From: Catajapyx aquilonaris
Taxonomy: Eukaryota
Reading direction: 5' to 3'
DNA length: 49,917 bases
Assembly: GCA_000934665.2 (NCBI GenBank)
Contig: KZ538747.1
Location: 1-49,917, forward strand
Below, in pieces: positions 1 through 11,969 of this stretch (position 1 is the first letter of the stretch; each line of letters opens with the position of its first letter). The notes below the pieces were generated by a model. That model was not told where the DNA came from and searched no databases. It saw only the letters and a program-made list of their open reading frames with translations. The position numbers were made by a program, and so were the translations under genes.

Positions 1-173
1 GGATTGCAGACCAAACTTTGGAATTTTTTTCAGGTGGGATCGGATCACTTTCAGACAAATGACGCAAATGCATTGAGATGAAGGGAGATTACATCGAGAA
101 AAAAAAATGACATTGTGAGAGTTGTAACAGATGTCCTTCATACCTAGGTAGATAACTTTTTGACCCTCCCTCG
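1..173 (+). mobile_element. 3' end of a decayed mariner transposon, truncated by the window start
   Basis: Translates to FFSGGIGSLSDK*RKCIEMKGDYIEK, the typical mariner C-terminus. Ends in ...AACTTTTTGACCCTCCCTCG|TA, similar to the TIR of the mariner at 36430-37803. Confidence 0.8.
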
Positions 174-194
174 TAACTCTTAAGGTACGTGCAG

Positions 195-352
195 AAGTCG
201 GTCACCTCTGGCTTTGTCTCGGGTGGTATTTCCTACAGACTAAACCACCCGGGGGAGCTCACTAAAAATGGCCACACGTCAGATTCACTGCACTTGCACA
301 TCCCCTCCTGTCATCCTGCCCGTGGGCCGGGGCGCTTCAAAAAACCCCTATG
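195..352 (+). mobile_element. 5'-truncated SINE (family A)
   Basis: Aligns by eye to the reverse complement of 41950-42115 (GTCTCGGGTGG...CAGACTAA.CCACC.GGGGGA...TTGCACATCCCCTCC). Confidence 0.7.
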
Positions 353-1033
353 TGGTTAGCCGAATACCCAATCAATAACTCTTAACAATAATAAAACCCT
401 GCTGAGAGAGTGGAAGAAGTTTGCATTTTATGATCAAACATGATTAACAGGAGCACAACGCCTTTGCAAATGGCCACTGACAGATGGGAAAATGCAGGGT
501 CCCCTACATGGTTGCCTCCCCCACCCTAACCAGGGTATTGTCTCCACGTAGTCCTTATGGGGCGTCCATATTGGAGCTAGATTGCATGCTGGAGGATAGG
601 AAATTGGCAAGCGTCCAAATTTTTTTTTCAAGGACATTTTTTCATTGCATGCAGATCCAATCTGATTTAGGTCCAATATGTCGGAGAGACAATACCCTGT
701 CTAGGTGGGGGAGGCACTCATGGAGGTTACCCTGGGAAAATGGGGCATACTTTTATTTCCCTCATTTCTTCTCCTTGGGAATATTTTTTTTTTGCAGATA
801 AAATGGAGCAAAATCCCCTCTATTCCAGCATGTCCATGCTATACTGGCATGATGCTATAGCCATCAAATGAGTCTTTTTAAGAACCTAGTTACCCCAATT
901 TTACTGGACTGCTGTTTGTGCATGAAAATTCAGTGTAAATTTTGTACCAGTGCTATTTGGTGACAAGCCTCCACTGATGCCCCAAGTCCTAATTCTGTGT
1001 TTTCTTAACTCTTCCATCTAGGAAAAGAAAAAT

Positions 1034-1461
1034 ATGACAACCCTGCAGAGTCCATGGCATGTATTGGATGATGTGGAAGAGCTTTTAGAAGGACGTTACT
1101 TTCAAGATGTCACCTTTCATTGTGCTGATGGTCAAGTGATGGCCCATAAAGTAATGTTGGCTTCTGCTAGCCCATTCTTGTATAAGTTGCTAGGATCAGT
1201 CAGCCGGATTCACATTGAAATTTCCCTTCCGGAAGTGAAGTCCATCATATTAAAGCAAGTGTTGACATTTGTTTATACTGGATGGATAAAAGGGAATCTG
1301 TTGGATGCTCAAGACATCAGAGACCTTGCCAAAGCTCTGGATATAGATCCAAAAGATGTGAAAGAGATGGAAAGGCCCAAGTGTCTTCAGCATCAATGGG
1401 ATATGTGTTCAGGTGCAACAGGGGAGGAAATTGAGGAGGACGCAAATTCGACACTGTGCAG
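1034..1461 (+). CDS. BTB/POZ-zinc finger protein, coding exon 1 (BTB domain)
   Basis: BTB motifs DVTFHCADGQVMAHKVMLASASPFL and VLTFVYTG. Acceptor AG at 1020-1021, ATG 1034, donor AG|GTATGT after 1461 (phase 2). Confidence 0.9.
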
Positions 1462-1575
1462 GTATGTGCCTTTCCCGCCCCCACCCCTAAGGAGGCGATT
1501 TTGATGAATACTTCCCTACTTCTGTGCTGCATTTGACTGGTTATAGCCGGTGGAATTATACACAACAAATACTTA

Positions 1576-1816
1576 TGTCGCATGATACGGCAGAAAGACT
1601 AAGTGCCATTTTGGGAGGGGTTGAGAAGTTTTTTTTAAATTGACTGGAACTGAGAACTCCCTGAAAATGAGATAATGAGTTGCATTTTTGACGAATCTAT
1701 TGTCAAACAGGTCTAGAATAATAAGGTGCTGGCACGGAGACATTAAGGACCCATTTCCTTCGATGAACTTGATTTTTCCAAATGGCACTTAGGTCTTTCT
1801 GCCGTATCACGCGACA
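1576..1816. mobile_element. MITE with ~40-bp TIRs and TA flanks
   Basis: TA|TGTCGCATGATACGGCAGAAAGACTAAGTGCCATTT ... AAATGGCACTTAGGTCTTTCTGCCGTATCACGCGACA|TA. Confidence 0.8.
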
Positions 1817-2109
1817 TATGGTTGGCAAGACTGATGTCTCTGCCAAAGTTTGGTTCGAATCCAGTTTGTGATTTTTTGAGATGCTAATTGTTAATTAAAA
1901 CTGGAAATATTACTTGCATACCCATTATTTCAAAATTATTTACTTCATTAAATACCGAAAAAAAGGGGTTACTTTGTACCAATTTTTGGTTATTTTGGTT
2001 AATATCTCCCTTACTATTGCAGTTTCGAACTTTAAAAAATTATGCACCATTCTTGAACATCTTATCAACACTTTTGCACTATTGTTTGTGAAGTGCAGAT
2101 TATACATAA

Positions 2110-3129
2110 GGGGACGTCCACATATTACGTAACGGGATTGAGGGGGTTTGGGCGAGCGTGACGGTCCGTTACATGGGGGAGGGGGTTGGGTAGCCGTTAC
2201 GTAACGCATTTGAACGCACTGTATAAAAATATTCCGAGTGCGACTCAGCGTGGCCCGCGTGGCTGCGTCGTCCGCTACTGGTCCGAATCGGTAAAAAACG
2301 TGCGAAAAAAGCTCTTTCTGAGACTTTTCGTAGGAACTTGACACCCTCACTATTTTTATGCAAGGTATTTATGTGTGTCACATGTACTACTTGTTGATTC
2401 CATACCTATAGCGTGACAATTGTTCCAGGTCTCAAATTCATAGAAAAATGACATTTTTGTTCTGACTATTTTCTCTTTTATATAAAACATGCCCATATTG
2501 TAGCTTTAAAAATACGCACCTGTACGTAGCGTAGTTCGTTAATTTTTGTTCGTTTTTCTTCTGAAATCGGGCGACATGGTGGCGTAGTGGTTTAATATTA
2601 TAAAGTCCGCCTCCTCCCACCTCTGGGGTCCCAGGTTTGATCCCCGGATTGGGCCAAGGATTTCCCATATGGGTTGAGTTTCGATGGAGTTCTCTCCGCG
2701 CTTGCGTGGGTTTTATATCGGGGTTCTCCCGTCATAAATTTCCTCCCACACTCCAAAAACTATCATCCCCTCCCCCTTTCTTTCGCCCTCCCCCACCCTC
2801 CCAAGAGCCTCATAGCCTGAGTCGCCTCGGCTTCCCCTTTTGAAACAAATCTTCTGCAATACAGATCATTTCTGTCTATATTAAATTTTAGTATTGGTAC
2901 AAAAGTTTTCTTTTCTTTCACAAGTACAGTAGTTTTACAGTAAACATATTCTTAAAATTATTGCCTTGGTTTTATATATACATGAAAAACGTGGGGCTCG
3001 TTCCGAAGCACGAAATTTTAAAAATAGCGGGCGTTACGTAACGGGGGGAGGGGGGGGGGGGTTNACAGAGGGGGGGGGGGTCAAAAATGGCCAAAAATAC
3101 CGTTGTAAACGTAATATGTGGACGTCCCC
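2110..3129. mobile_element. PIF/Harbinger-type non-autonomous element containing a nested SINE
   Basis: TIR GGGGACGTCCACATATTACGT / ACGTAATATGTGGACGTCCCC with a TAA duplication on both sides (2107-2109, 3130-3132). Confidence 0.85.
2569..2760 (+). mobile_element. tRNA-derived SINE (family B), diverged copy
   Basis: A-box-like TGGCGTAGTGG, B-box-like GGTTTGATCCC, and a core shared with the copies at 10501-10755 and 45743-46011. Confidence 0.75.
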
Positions 3130-3479
3130 TAACACTGTACAGAAAATGGTAAAGTTTGACTAAAGTAGCCCCATGATGAACCCCTTGGAAAAATGTCCGT
3201 GGTTGAATTAAACTCCATTGAGTGTAACATTGGTCCAGATAATACATAGGCCAAGACATGTGTACATCTTGGAGATGTGAGGTCCCTTGGATATAATTCA
3301 AAACAGTAGTAGACTATATTTGTCTGAATAAGCTGCATTTTTAAATGATATTTTGTCCGAATAATCAAATGTATTAGCACAACTGCTACTGGTATGGTAC
3401 TACATTGGTAATGGCATGGAGACACTTTTTGAACTCACTGACTGTCCCCAGAGAGTTCAGTTTATCGTGGCCATAACGT

Positions 3480-3935
3480 ACAAGGAGTCTTGGGGCTTCT
3501 TTGATCCAAGAATATTATGGACCAAAGTAACCCCATCAATTACAGCCTTTTTTGATTTTTTCCCCCCACACAATTCCTGATAAGAATTATTTCATGACTT
3601 ACATATGGCTGGAACGGCAACTAAATGTACTACAAATCCTCACATTCTACATGAAGGTGATACCTACTTGTGCGGATGCACCGGTCTTAGCAGTACGGAC
3701 TTCTTGAAAACACGCGCTTCCACGCACCAAAGTGACTTGTGGAAAGTAGCCCTCTGCTGAAGAGTTTATAAACTTCGATGTATGACACCTTTACCGCAGA
3801 TGCACCAATCCTATGTGATTCTGACTGTGCTTATTGCATGTAGTTAGTGTCATTGCCTGCCATATATGCATTTTTTAAGTACTTGGTACATGCTTGGACC
3901 AAAGTAGCCCCACCAGGATCAAAGTAGCCCCACTT
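3480..3935. mobile_element. Probable non-autonomous DNA transposon with GGATCAAAGTAGCCCC subterminal repeats
   Basis: Motif is inverted at ~3491 and direct at ~3520, ~3897 and ~3916. Ends are not clearly resolved. Confidence 0.4.
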
Positions 3936-4439
3936 AATAAGAACCCTGATAGATGGCTCTTGAAGATTTTCATGCGTCCTCCATATAGCCTATAGAAATT
4001 ATGCGATAATTAAAGATGAAGACTACCTAAGAGAAACCTACTTTAATTTTAACTCTATCAGTATTACACGGTTGTTGGTAAACCTGAGAAACAACTCGCA
4101 AAGGATTTGGCTTAATGACTATAGGTTTGTTTTCTCACCGGTCAGATGAAATTTGTACCCTTTGTAATGCGTGACTCATGAATTTAGATCTGTTTCACAT
4201 TCTGTATGACTGCCAATTTTTCAGGAACGAGAGATCATTTTTCCTTAAAAATTTTCTGCAAATTCCACCGCAGGACATATTATTAATTTTTGTAAATATC
4301 CCAGAATTTCGACTGTTCCAACTATTCAAACTTTTTTGTGCTGTAAGTGTAAAACTCAAATTTTGGGACATTATTTTGGATACTGTAAAGGGAGGATCCC
4401 CTGCCCACAAGGCTAATTGGCCCAGGGTGAGGTAATGAA

Positions 4440-4483
4440 CATTATTATTATTATTATTATTATTGTTATTATTGTTATTATTA
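4440..4483. repeat. (ATT)n microsatellite, possibly a retroposon tail
   Basis: Direct inspection. Confidence 0.9.
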
Positions 4484-4964
4484 AGTAGTCCCACTCTATG
4501 GTAACTGTTTTATTGAACTCGAAAAATTAAGGGCCATCGACTATTGCATGTAAAATAAAAATAGAAATAATCGAATGTTTATAGTGCCTTCTGGGCTCAT
4601 TTTACATTGAAACAATTGCAAAACAGACTTTCAAATTCAGATTTTTACGATATCTGACCAGATAGGACAAAACTGGGTTTCACTTTTTCATCTACATTTT
4701 TATGAACAACTTCATTAAAAATTAGTTGTCAGGGGCAAAAACAATACTGGGAGGGATCCTTTCATATTTCCACGCCATCTTTAAGTGTGCCCCATTTTGT
4801 CTAAATTATCTGGGGTCTGGTCTGCTGGGTGAATGACTTGAAGGACTTACCCACCCTTGGCTCTAGAAGGACTCTGACTAGACTGTGAACCACTCATTAT
4901 TTCGACAAATGTTGCATCTGCATGTAGCAGTAAGATCGAGTTTCTGGGTGTGTTGACCAATATA

Positions 4965-5178
4965 CAGTGTGTTTCTTACTAGTATGCCAGCCTGAATACT
5001 CATCAGTTCAAAACAAGTCAAAAATGTAGGGGGAATAAATGCCTTAGGACCTAATGGTAACTAGGTACGTACCTATGTACCATTTGGTCCTACAGCATTT
5101 ATACCCCCCTACATTTTTTACTTGTTTCGCGCCATGAGTACATTGCTGGCTGGCTGACGTACTAGTAAGATACACCTA
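4965..5178. mobile_element. Palindromic Tc1/mariner-type MITE, same family as 49039-49411
   Basis: Self-complementary around AGGTACGTACCT. Starts TA|CAGTGTGTTTCTTACTAGTATG versus TA|CAGGGTATTTCTTACTGGTATG at 49037; both carry AAAATGTAGGGGG. Confidence 0.75.
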
Positions 5179-5180
5179 TA

Positions 5181-5750
5181 TATTTTGACTCGCTTTGCGA
5201 GGCGGGGGGGCTCCGCCCCCCCACACCCCCCCTTGGGGCGGCGCCCCAATTGGCGCGCCTTCGGCGCTATGCCCGTGTTCCGCCTAATCCATCCGGTTAC
5301 AGAAATCAGTGACCTCTCCGGTAGCGATGAGGAGTTTCCGAACGTGCCCTCTCTGACGTATCGTTCAAAACAGCGCTTGGGATGACAGGTGGGACCGTCT
5401 GTGACGTATCATTCTCACGCCGGGTTTGAGTAGTGTAAGCAAATCCCAGGGGGTGTATGGGAGGGGGTGGGCCATTGTTCTCCTTCTTTACGACCATCTG
5501 CCGGCAAGGCCGCTCGGGGAACCGGGGGAGTTGGGGGTATACATTAATTTCGCGATCTCGGGTTAGCGTCTACATTTAATTTGGCGATCTCGAAAACGGC
5601 TGGGAATTTTGCGATTATGAGGATTTTTGAAAATAGGTTAGCGGGTGCAAGGAATCCAACGGCGTAAGTCCGAGGTCTGTGCGACCTCGGGAAGTGGGAG
5701 ATCTTTTCCATCCTATATCCTCCTCGGATTGGGGCTTTATATATATTAGA
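5181..5750 (-). mobile_element. Putative non-autonomous Helitron-like element
   Basis: Minus strand begins A|TCTAATATATATAAAG and ends in GC-rich hairpins (CTCGC-AAA-GCGAG). CpG-rich relative to its flanks. No canonical CTRR end seen. Confidence 0.45.
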
Positions 5751-5790
5751 TTCTGTTAGGTAATAAGGTTGACACCCATTCGGATATGTA

Positions 5791-5969
5791 CTATTAACCG
5801 CAAAAGTAATGTCGCACTGTTATGTGATGGCGTCCGCGACTTGTTGTAGCACGGGTTGTGGATTCCAGATATTGCCAAATTACCATCCATAACTCGGCAA
5901 CGCCCATGCTAAACAACAAGTCGCTGATGCCATCACATAACAGTGCGACATTACTTGTGCGGTTAATAG
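5791..5969. mobile_element. Hairpin MITE with TA flanks
   Basis: CTATTAACCGCAAAAGTAATGTCGCACTGTTATGTGATGGC ... GCCATCACATAACAGTGCGACATTACTTGTGCGGTTAATAG; arms ~75 bp. Confidence 0.8.
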
Positions 5970-6247
5970 TACTGTATGCTACGTATTGTATTTACACAAT
6001 CTCTTTTATCTCAAAGTATCATAAGTGGGAATGACTTTGTGACTAGTGGGGTGACTTTGTGACAAATCAGTAGCCCTATTTGTAATCTTGCACCACAATT
6101 ATTTTGATTATTGATTATATTGTGGTTAGAAGCACCACATGCACATCTACTCTAGCCAGTTTCTGTTACACAGTGAAAATCATAGTTGCTGCATTATTCG
6201 AAATGCTGATTTGTCACAACACTACCTCCGCTTATAGCATGTAAATA

Positions 6248-6655
6248 CAGGGTGTCCGTGAACCGACCAGTCAGACCTGTACCCGTGGCTCCATTGACAC
6301 CAGAGGATCATGTTATGTAGAGGAGTCATTATGTCTGGGCAGCCTCATTACTGAGATAATTGATCATTTGCAATTTAGCGATTGGGCCTAAGAGTGATTG
6401 TCACAGATCACATGCCACATGCAGTACACATGCGACATGCTAGTAGCCAAATGGAAAAGATGCTATTTTCACCCGTGATACGATTTCGGGGCTGAAGGTT
6501 TCCATACCTCCCAGGATACTTTGTACTTGTTGTATAAAGGCAATTATCTCAGTAATGAGGCTGCCCAGACATAATGACTCCTCTACATAACATGATCCTC
6601 TGGTGTCAATGGAGCCACGGGTACAGGTCTGACTGGTCGGTTCACGGACACCCTG
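6248..6655. mobile_element. Young Tc1/mariner-type MITE with 115-bp TIRs
   Basis: TA|CAGGGTGTCCGTGAACC ... GGTTCACGGACACCCTG|TA. Arms 6248-6362 and 6541-6655 appear to be perfect inverted copies. Confidence 0.9.
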
Positions 6656-7573
6656 TATACTGCTTGTTTTTAAAATATGCCGGATATTCCCCCCAAAAAA
6701 TGCCACATTTAATAATGAGGTTGAAGTAGTTGTAACGTCAACAACAATATGCTACATATTAACAACAGTTTATTGGCAAAAGTAAAATTTGCATAAGGTT
6801 GATGGTTCATTTATTGTGCTGCTGAATTTCAGTGTCCATATTCAGTCAATATGGGCCAATATTGCCCATGTACAGCCCATATGGGCCTCATCTAAGTTGC
6901 TACCTGGGATACTGGTACCTAATGGCTGCCAGCATCGAATTCATGGGAGAGGGGCCCCTTTCAAAGATGATGCTATACTCTGTGACAGTGGTTCCTTATT
7001 CAAGGTAGAACAGTGCTCAAGTTAGCACCAACAATGGAGTGGGGAAAATATGACTGACTGCTTGCTCCAATTGTGTATGCACATTCCCATTAATATTAGT
7101 CAATGTTTTATGGGACTGCAGTGTCCACACTGTAAACCGCAAACCATTAAAAGAGCATCACTACTGACTGGGTCTCCCATGGAGCCACAATTTTTAATGC
7201 TCTTGTGATCCTTTTTTTGATGCTTTTTAGCAATAAAAAAGTATTACAAGATCATTAAAATTGATAATTGAAAGGATTGTTGGAAAAACAGGATAAGTCC
7301 ACTTATGTTACTTTCGAGAAAACAAAGAAAAACTGAATTTCCTGAAGATTTCAAAAATATTTCTAATGATAATTTTTTGTTGAATAGGATGATACCAAAG
7401 TCAACATGCACCAGAATATGAAGTTTGTACGATGCATATTACACATTCTACAGTGAAGTATAATGTGGACAAGTCTTGTTTTAGCACTGAATGAGAACCA
7501 GACATGTCCAATTATTATTTTTGTGTGTATGTTATGAGCATGGACAATTTTTTTTCTCAATTATAGGCATACA

Positions 7574-7687
7574 TAGGGTGGAATTTTCGTCGTACTACTA
7601 GTTACTGCTAACTTAGCAGTACCATTGCATTACACTGGTACTGCTAAGTTAAAAGTAACCAGTAGTACAACGAAAATTCCACCCATA
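7574..7687. mobile_element. Small hairpin MITE (GGGTGGAATTTTCGTC family), copy 1 of 3
   Basis: Self-complementary; related copies at 15343-15473 and 20448-20565. Confidence 0.8.
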
Positions 7688-8691
7688 GTGTTACAAACTT
7701 ATCACCTAATTCATCATCAGACATGCCGACTCCTCATCACTGTTCAGCCGTACTGCTGCGCTTTAGTGACTTATACTAATGGGGCATTCCATGTCACCTC
7801 GGACCACTTTTTCGACAAATATTTTTTGATTTCGACCAAAATTCATGGGTTTGTAGTAGTCGTCGTTGTATGTAAGGAACCGACATTCCGTCTCTCTGTG
7901 ACACGTGGTTGCGAAACTATAGGGTGTGTAATTGCGATTTGTCACTCATTTGACGCTGTCAGGGCTTGTAATGAAGGCCTGTAACCTCTGAACCCCTAAA
8001 GTGAATCCAAATCTGATGTGTGATTTTGGAAGCTCTTTTAAAGGCCTTTAATAATATTGCATTGAAAGTAGCCGGGATAAAATCTTTCAATTTCAAGGTG
8101 ACGGCGAAATTTTGATTTAAATATAACTCAAAGTTTGCTATTTTTGGGATTTTTTGAATGGACCTGAAAATGAAGCGTGAAATGTGTGCTTCATGTTTCC
8201 AAAAAGTCTATGTGACGACTTTTGGAATTTCACCCGCTAGAGGGCGAAAACGCAGCTGGTGCGTGCTCTGGACAGTACGCTGGTCACTTGGGAGGGCTAT
8301 ATTTCCTCAGTGGACTACATGACAGGTCTGATTTTTGTACCAAAAGATGCAGAATGGCCACAAGATGGCAGAACTCATTTTCGGCCAAAAGTGGACTTCT
8401 CCGGATTTTCCACCAAACCCTTCAATTGATAATGCTTTTTAAATGGTTTGCTGCAGTTTACAGTGCCATGCATGACTGGAATAAACAATCCATTTTTGCC
8501 CTGACCAATTGTTGGAGGTATTAACTTATGCAGTATTTCACTCTGTACATTAAGTTAGTTACCACCTTCCAGTAGGTGGTAAAGTGCATATTTTCTGAAA
8601 GAGGGTGTTTTAGATCTGCTATTGAGCATTACGTTTACCCGTAGCTCAAAACATAATCTGTATGGAGTGGGAGGTAGTGACCTAGTAAGTA

Positions 8692-9380
8692 CAGGGTGTC
8701 CCACAAATTACGCTACCCAGAATTACTTCCATAACATCAACACAAAAATGAAGATATTGCAACGAAATTTGAACTGAACTAACCTTGTCATGTGTGATTT
8801 GAAATGGCATCACAACATGTGTTGGAAATGGCCACCATTAGCGGCCAGGCAGGTCTCAACACGGCGCGACATATTTTGGAATGTTCTGGCCAGCATATCC
8901 TGCGGTACTGCCTGAATTTCCTGGGCAATGTTGTCCTTCAAGGGCTGGATGGACCGTGGATTGTTGCGGTACACTCTTCCTTTCAGAAAGCCCCGTAAGA
9001 AGTATTCAGGTGGCGTAAGATCGGGCGACCGCGGTGGCCACAGTCCTTTTGAAATGACTCGGTCGGGAAGAAGGACTTTATTTCGGCCATGCTGACATGT
9101 GATGGGTGGCATGTCACCCCATCCTGTTGAAAATATCCAGTCGAAAGTTCCACATCGTTTGGATCAGGAAGCAATGACATCCGCTGCGCGCCACTGCTCA
9201 GGTGTCGTCTGGCCGTTTCGTCACTCCAGCGTCATTATTACAGCACCCACATTTGCCAGACCCATTCCAATTCCTTTCTCACGTGTTGAGGTTGCTTGAG
9301 TTCAAATTCCGTTGGAATATCTTCATTTGTGTTACAGTTATTAATGTCATTCTGGGTAGCGTAATTTGTGGGACACCCTG
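8692..9380 (-). mobile_element. Internally deleted Tc1/mariner (DDxD) transposon relic
   Basis: TA|CAGGGTGTCCCACAAATTACGCTACCCAGAAT TIRs (~85 bp, imperfect). Frameshifted transposase C-terminal half on the - strand: YFQQDG, WPPRSPDLTP, RRVETCLAANGGHFQHML. Confidence 0.9.
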
Positions 9381-9501
9381 TATAACCTGTTGGCAACCAG
9401 CAATCATTGAGAAAGAGACAGCCATTGTATTGGTTACTAAATGTTTGTTAAATTTATACCTCACTGCAGTAAATTTGAGTAACCTCGTGTTACTTTCACA
9501 G

Positions 9502-9681
9502 TTCAAGTGATGAGGAGGCACAAAGTCCAAAAGCAGGTACTGATGAATCTGATGACCCAGGGAATGCTGGCTGCTCTACAGTCGCTAGGAAACGTAAACG
9601 GATCAAGAGACACTTCTATCGCAGGAAGAAGCACCTTAAGATGGATATCATAGACCAGGATTCTGATTCAGATGACCCCAG
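9502..9681 (+). CDS. BTB-zinc finger gene, coding exon 2 (acidic linker and basic NLS-like RKRKRIKRHFYRRKKH)
   Basis: TTTCACAG| acceptor, AG|GTAATT donor, 180 nt, phase 2-2. Joins exons 1 and 3 in frame (SSSDEEAQSP...DSDSDDPR). Absent from the ORF track. Confidence 0.85.
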
Positions 9682-10030
9682 GTAATTAACCTTACTTTCA
9701 ATCCTCCAGCCTCAACTCAAAACCTACACCCAACTTGTAAAATTGGCTGGATGAATTACAGAAATACTGATCCTGTCCAGCATAGCAGCATTTGTCATTA
9801 TGGTGCATGCATATGTGACTGGAGGTAAGGTAAAGCATTTAAGATTGTACCTCTTACAATATTATGCCAATGGTTTTAATTTGTTCACTTTGTGAGAAAA
9901 AAATATATAGTTCTAAAATATTGACCAAAATAATGACAAACAATGTCCTCTTAGGAGGACATTAGGACTCAATTGCTGCCACAAAAGCAGAAAGGATGAA
10001 TGCTGAAAAGTTAAATGGAAATTAATCCCT

Positions 10031-10177
10031 TCACTACCAGATTGGCCAGAACCACACAGATTTTGGCTTACTCATACTCCGAAGATACGGACAAGATATT
10101 TTACAAATAATAACCGTCCGTATCTTCAGAGTGCGTGTAAGCCGAAATCTGTGTGGTTCTGGCCTATCTGGTAGGGA
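10031..10177. mobile_element. Hairpin MITE
   Basis: CTACCAGATTGGCCAGAACCACACAGATTT ... AAATCTGTGTGGTTCTGGCCTATCTGGTAG; arms ~60 bp. Confidence 0.75.
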
Positions 10178-10500
10178 ACAGGTTGATGGATCACTCACGT
10201 AGTGCTATATCCTCCAAACCAAGTTTTTTACATTCATTTGTGGAATTCGTGGTAGCAATTCCTCTCGCAAAACTATTAAAGATAAATATGAAATTATTTT
10301 TCAAGGCCAAAACTTCAGGCTCCTGCACTTCTTACCACCTAGCGTGATACCTCCATGTCCTTTGCATCATTCTGACCCATCTCATGTCTGTATCCCTGGT
10401 TTTCAGTACTAGCTGAATTAATGATGTGCATTATAATGTGCACGTGGGAGGCTGTGATAATGGGCCCCAGGTCTAGCATAGGTCATAGGGTATCCAGTCA

Positions 10501-10755
10501 ATACGTAATGTAATGGATATCCCGTGATAGGCCTCCTTGGGCCTCTTAGGGGATCATCTTTTCGTGAACCGTCTTTGCGTTGTGATGGATTTTGATTGCG
10601 GGAGGAAACAGGAGAACCCCAAGAAAACCCACGCGAACACGGAGAGAACCCATCGGAACTATCCACATAAGTATCCTCCGTCCGACCCGGGGATCGAACT
10701 CGGGACCTCAGAGGTGGAAGGCTGCGGCGCTAACCACTGCGCCACTGTGTCGCCA
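10501..10755 (-). mobile_element. Full-length tRNA-derived SINE (family B)
   Basis: A box TGGCGCAGTGG and B box GAGTTCGATCCC on the - strand; TSD TATCCAGTCA at 10491-10500 and 10756-10765. Confidence 0.9.
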
Positions 10756-11110
10756 TATCCAGTCATTATTGTGGTGGCAAGCTTTGTGTCTGAAGGTAAA
10801 GAAAAAGGTAAAGAAATCTCCGAAATTAAAATCATCATCATCAGGAATGGCCAAGGGACAAAAGATGTCATGTAGGAATGACTAAAGGCTTGACCGCAAG
10901 CTATATTGTCAGGGCATACCAATTCTGGTCCCACGGTACAAGTACCCCAATATATGTAGGGGTTATGAGCATTAGTTGCTAAATGTATGTGCCATCATGA
11001 TCCTACATAGTTGTTGTTCTCCTGAAGGAAGCTCAATTTCTGTACATGCCAATAACTACTCTTGGAGCCAGCGTGTCATTTCTGCTTCCCAAGCCTAAGC
11101 CATTATTGTA

Positions 11111-11239
11111 CTATAGATCGGTCGCTATACGAACGCAACCGAGTGGCAAATTTTATTACAGGAATTTTATTACAAACTGTATTACTTCATGTAATAAAAT
11201 TGGCCACTCGGTTGCGTTCGTATAGCGACCGATCTATAG
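11111..11239. mobile_element. Hairpin MITE
   Basis: CTATAGATCGGTCGCTATACGAACGCAACCGAGTGGC ... GCCACTCGGTTGCGTTCGTATAGCGACCGATCTATAG; near-perfect ~50-bp arms. Confidence 0.8.
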
Positions 11240-11473
11240 GTATTACTGTTATCAGGGCAGTTGCATTCAGGGGAACCCCATTGTCACCCAACCTGACTGC
11301 AGTCTCCCTTCAATCCTCTTGTCAGATAATCAAGTACCAAGCAACCTCTTCTGTTACCTTTGATGATACCCAATATTTATCATACAATAAGTGCACCTCT
11401 GTGTTTAGGTATTCTTTGCACTTTTAAATTTTAAACTTGAGCCAAGTGAGCTAAGACTAAACATCTTTTTCAG

Positions 11474-11969
11474 AATGTCACAGCAAAACAGTTATGGAGA
11501 AGAGGAAACTGCCAACCAGTCAGGTGAAGATTTGATGCAGAACTCAGAAGATGCTGTACTTCACTTAGCTGAGGATTCAGGTACATCAAGTGGTTTTACT
11601 TCACCTACAGAAGGAAGGGGTAACGCTAAGAAAATTAAGAAGGACGTACGACCACAATTGAAGCGCCTGGAAGTGTTCAAGATAAACTCAGAGAGCATAC
11701 CCTTTTATGTAACTGAAAGCAATGTAGTTTGTACCGTATGTGGGCGTATTTTGGAAACTAAGAAACATTGTAAATTACATGAAGTGCTACACCATACAAA
11801 GATGAAGGAAAATTCTGCTCCAGGCACAGAATTTTATGTATCTCAGCATACACCATACTCTCAGCCATCCCTAAATGATACACTGGCATGTCCCAAGTGC
11901 GATGCAGTTTACAATGACTTGACCTCATACCATGGCCATCTTTCTTCTCATGGTGTGAATCATACCTAG
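11474..11969 (+). CDS. BTB-zinc finger gene, last coding exon (two C2H2 fingers)
   Basis: TTTTTCAG| acceptor, in frame with exon 2. Fingers CTVCGRILETKKHCKLHEVLHH and CPKCDAVYNDLTSYHGHLSSH. Stop TAG; AATAAA at ~12674 and ~12732. Confidence 0.88.

Noticed and set aside
1462..1504. ORF extension YVPFPPPPLRRRF of the BTB exon
   Set aside because: Read-through past a strong GTATGT donor; the next exon fits in frame.
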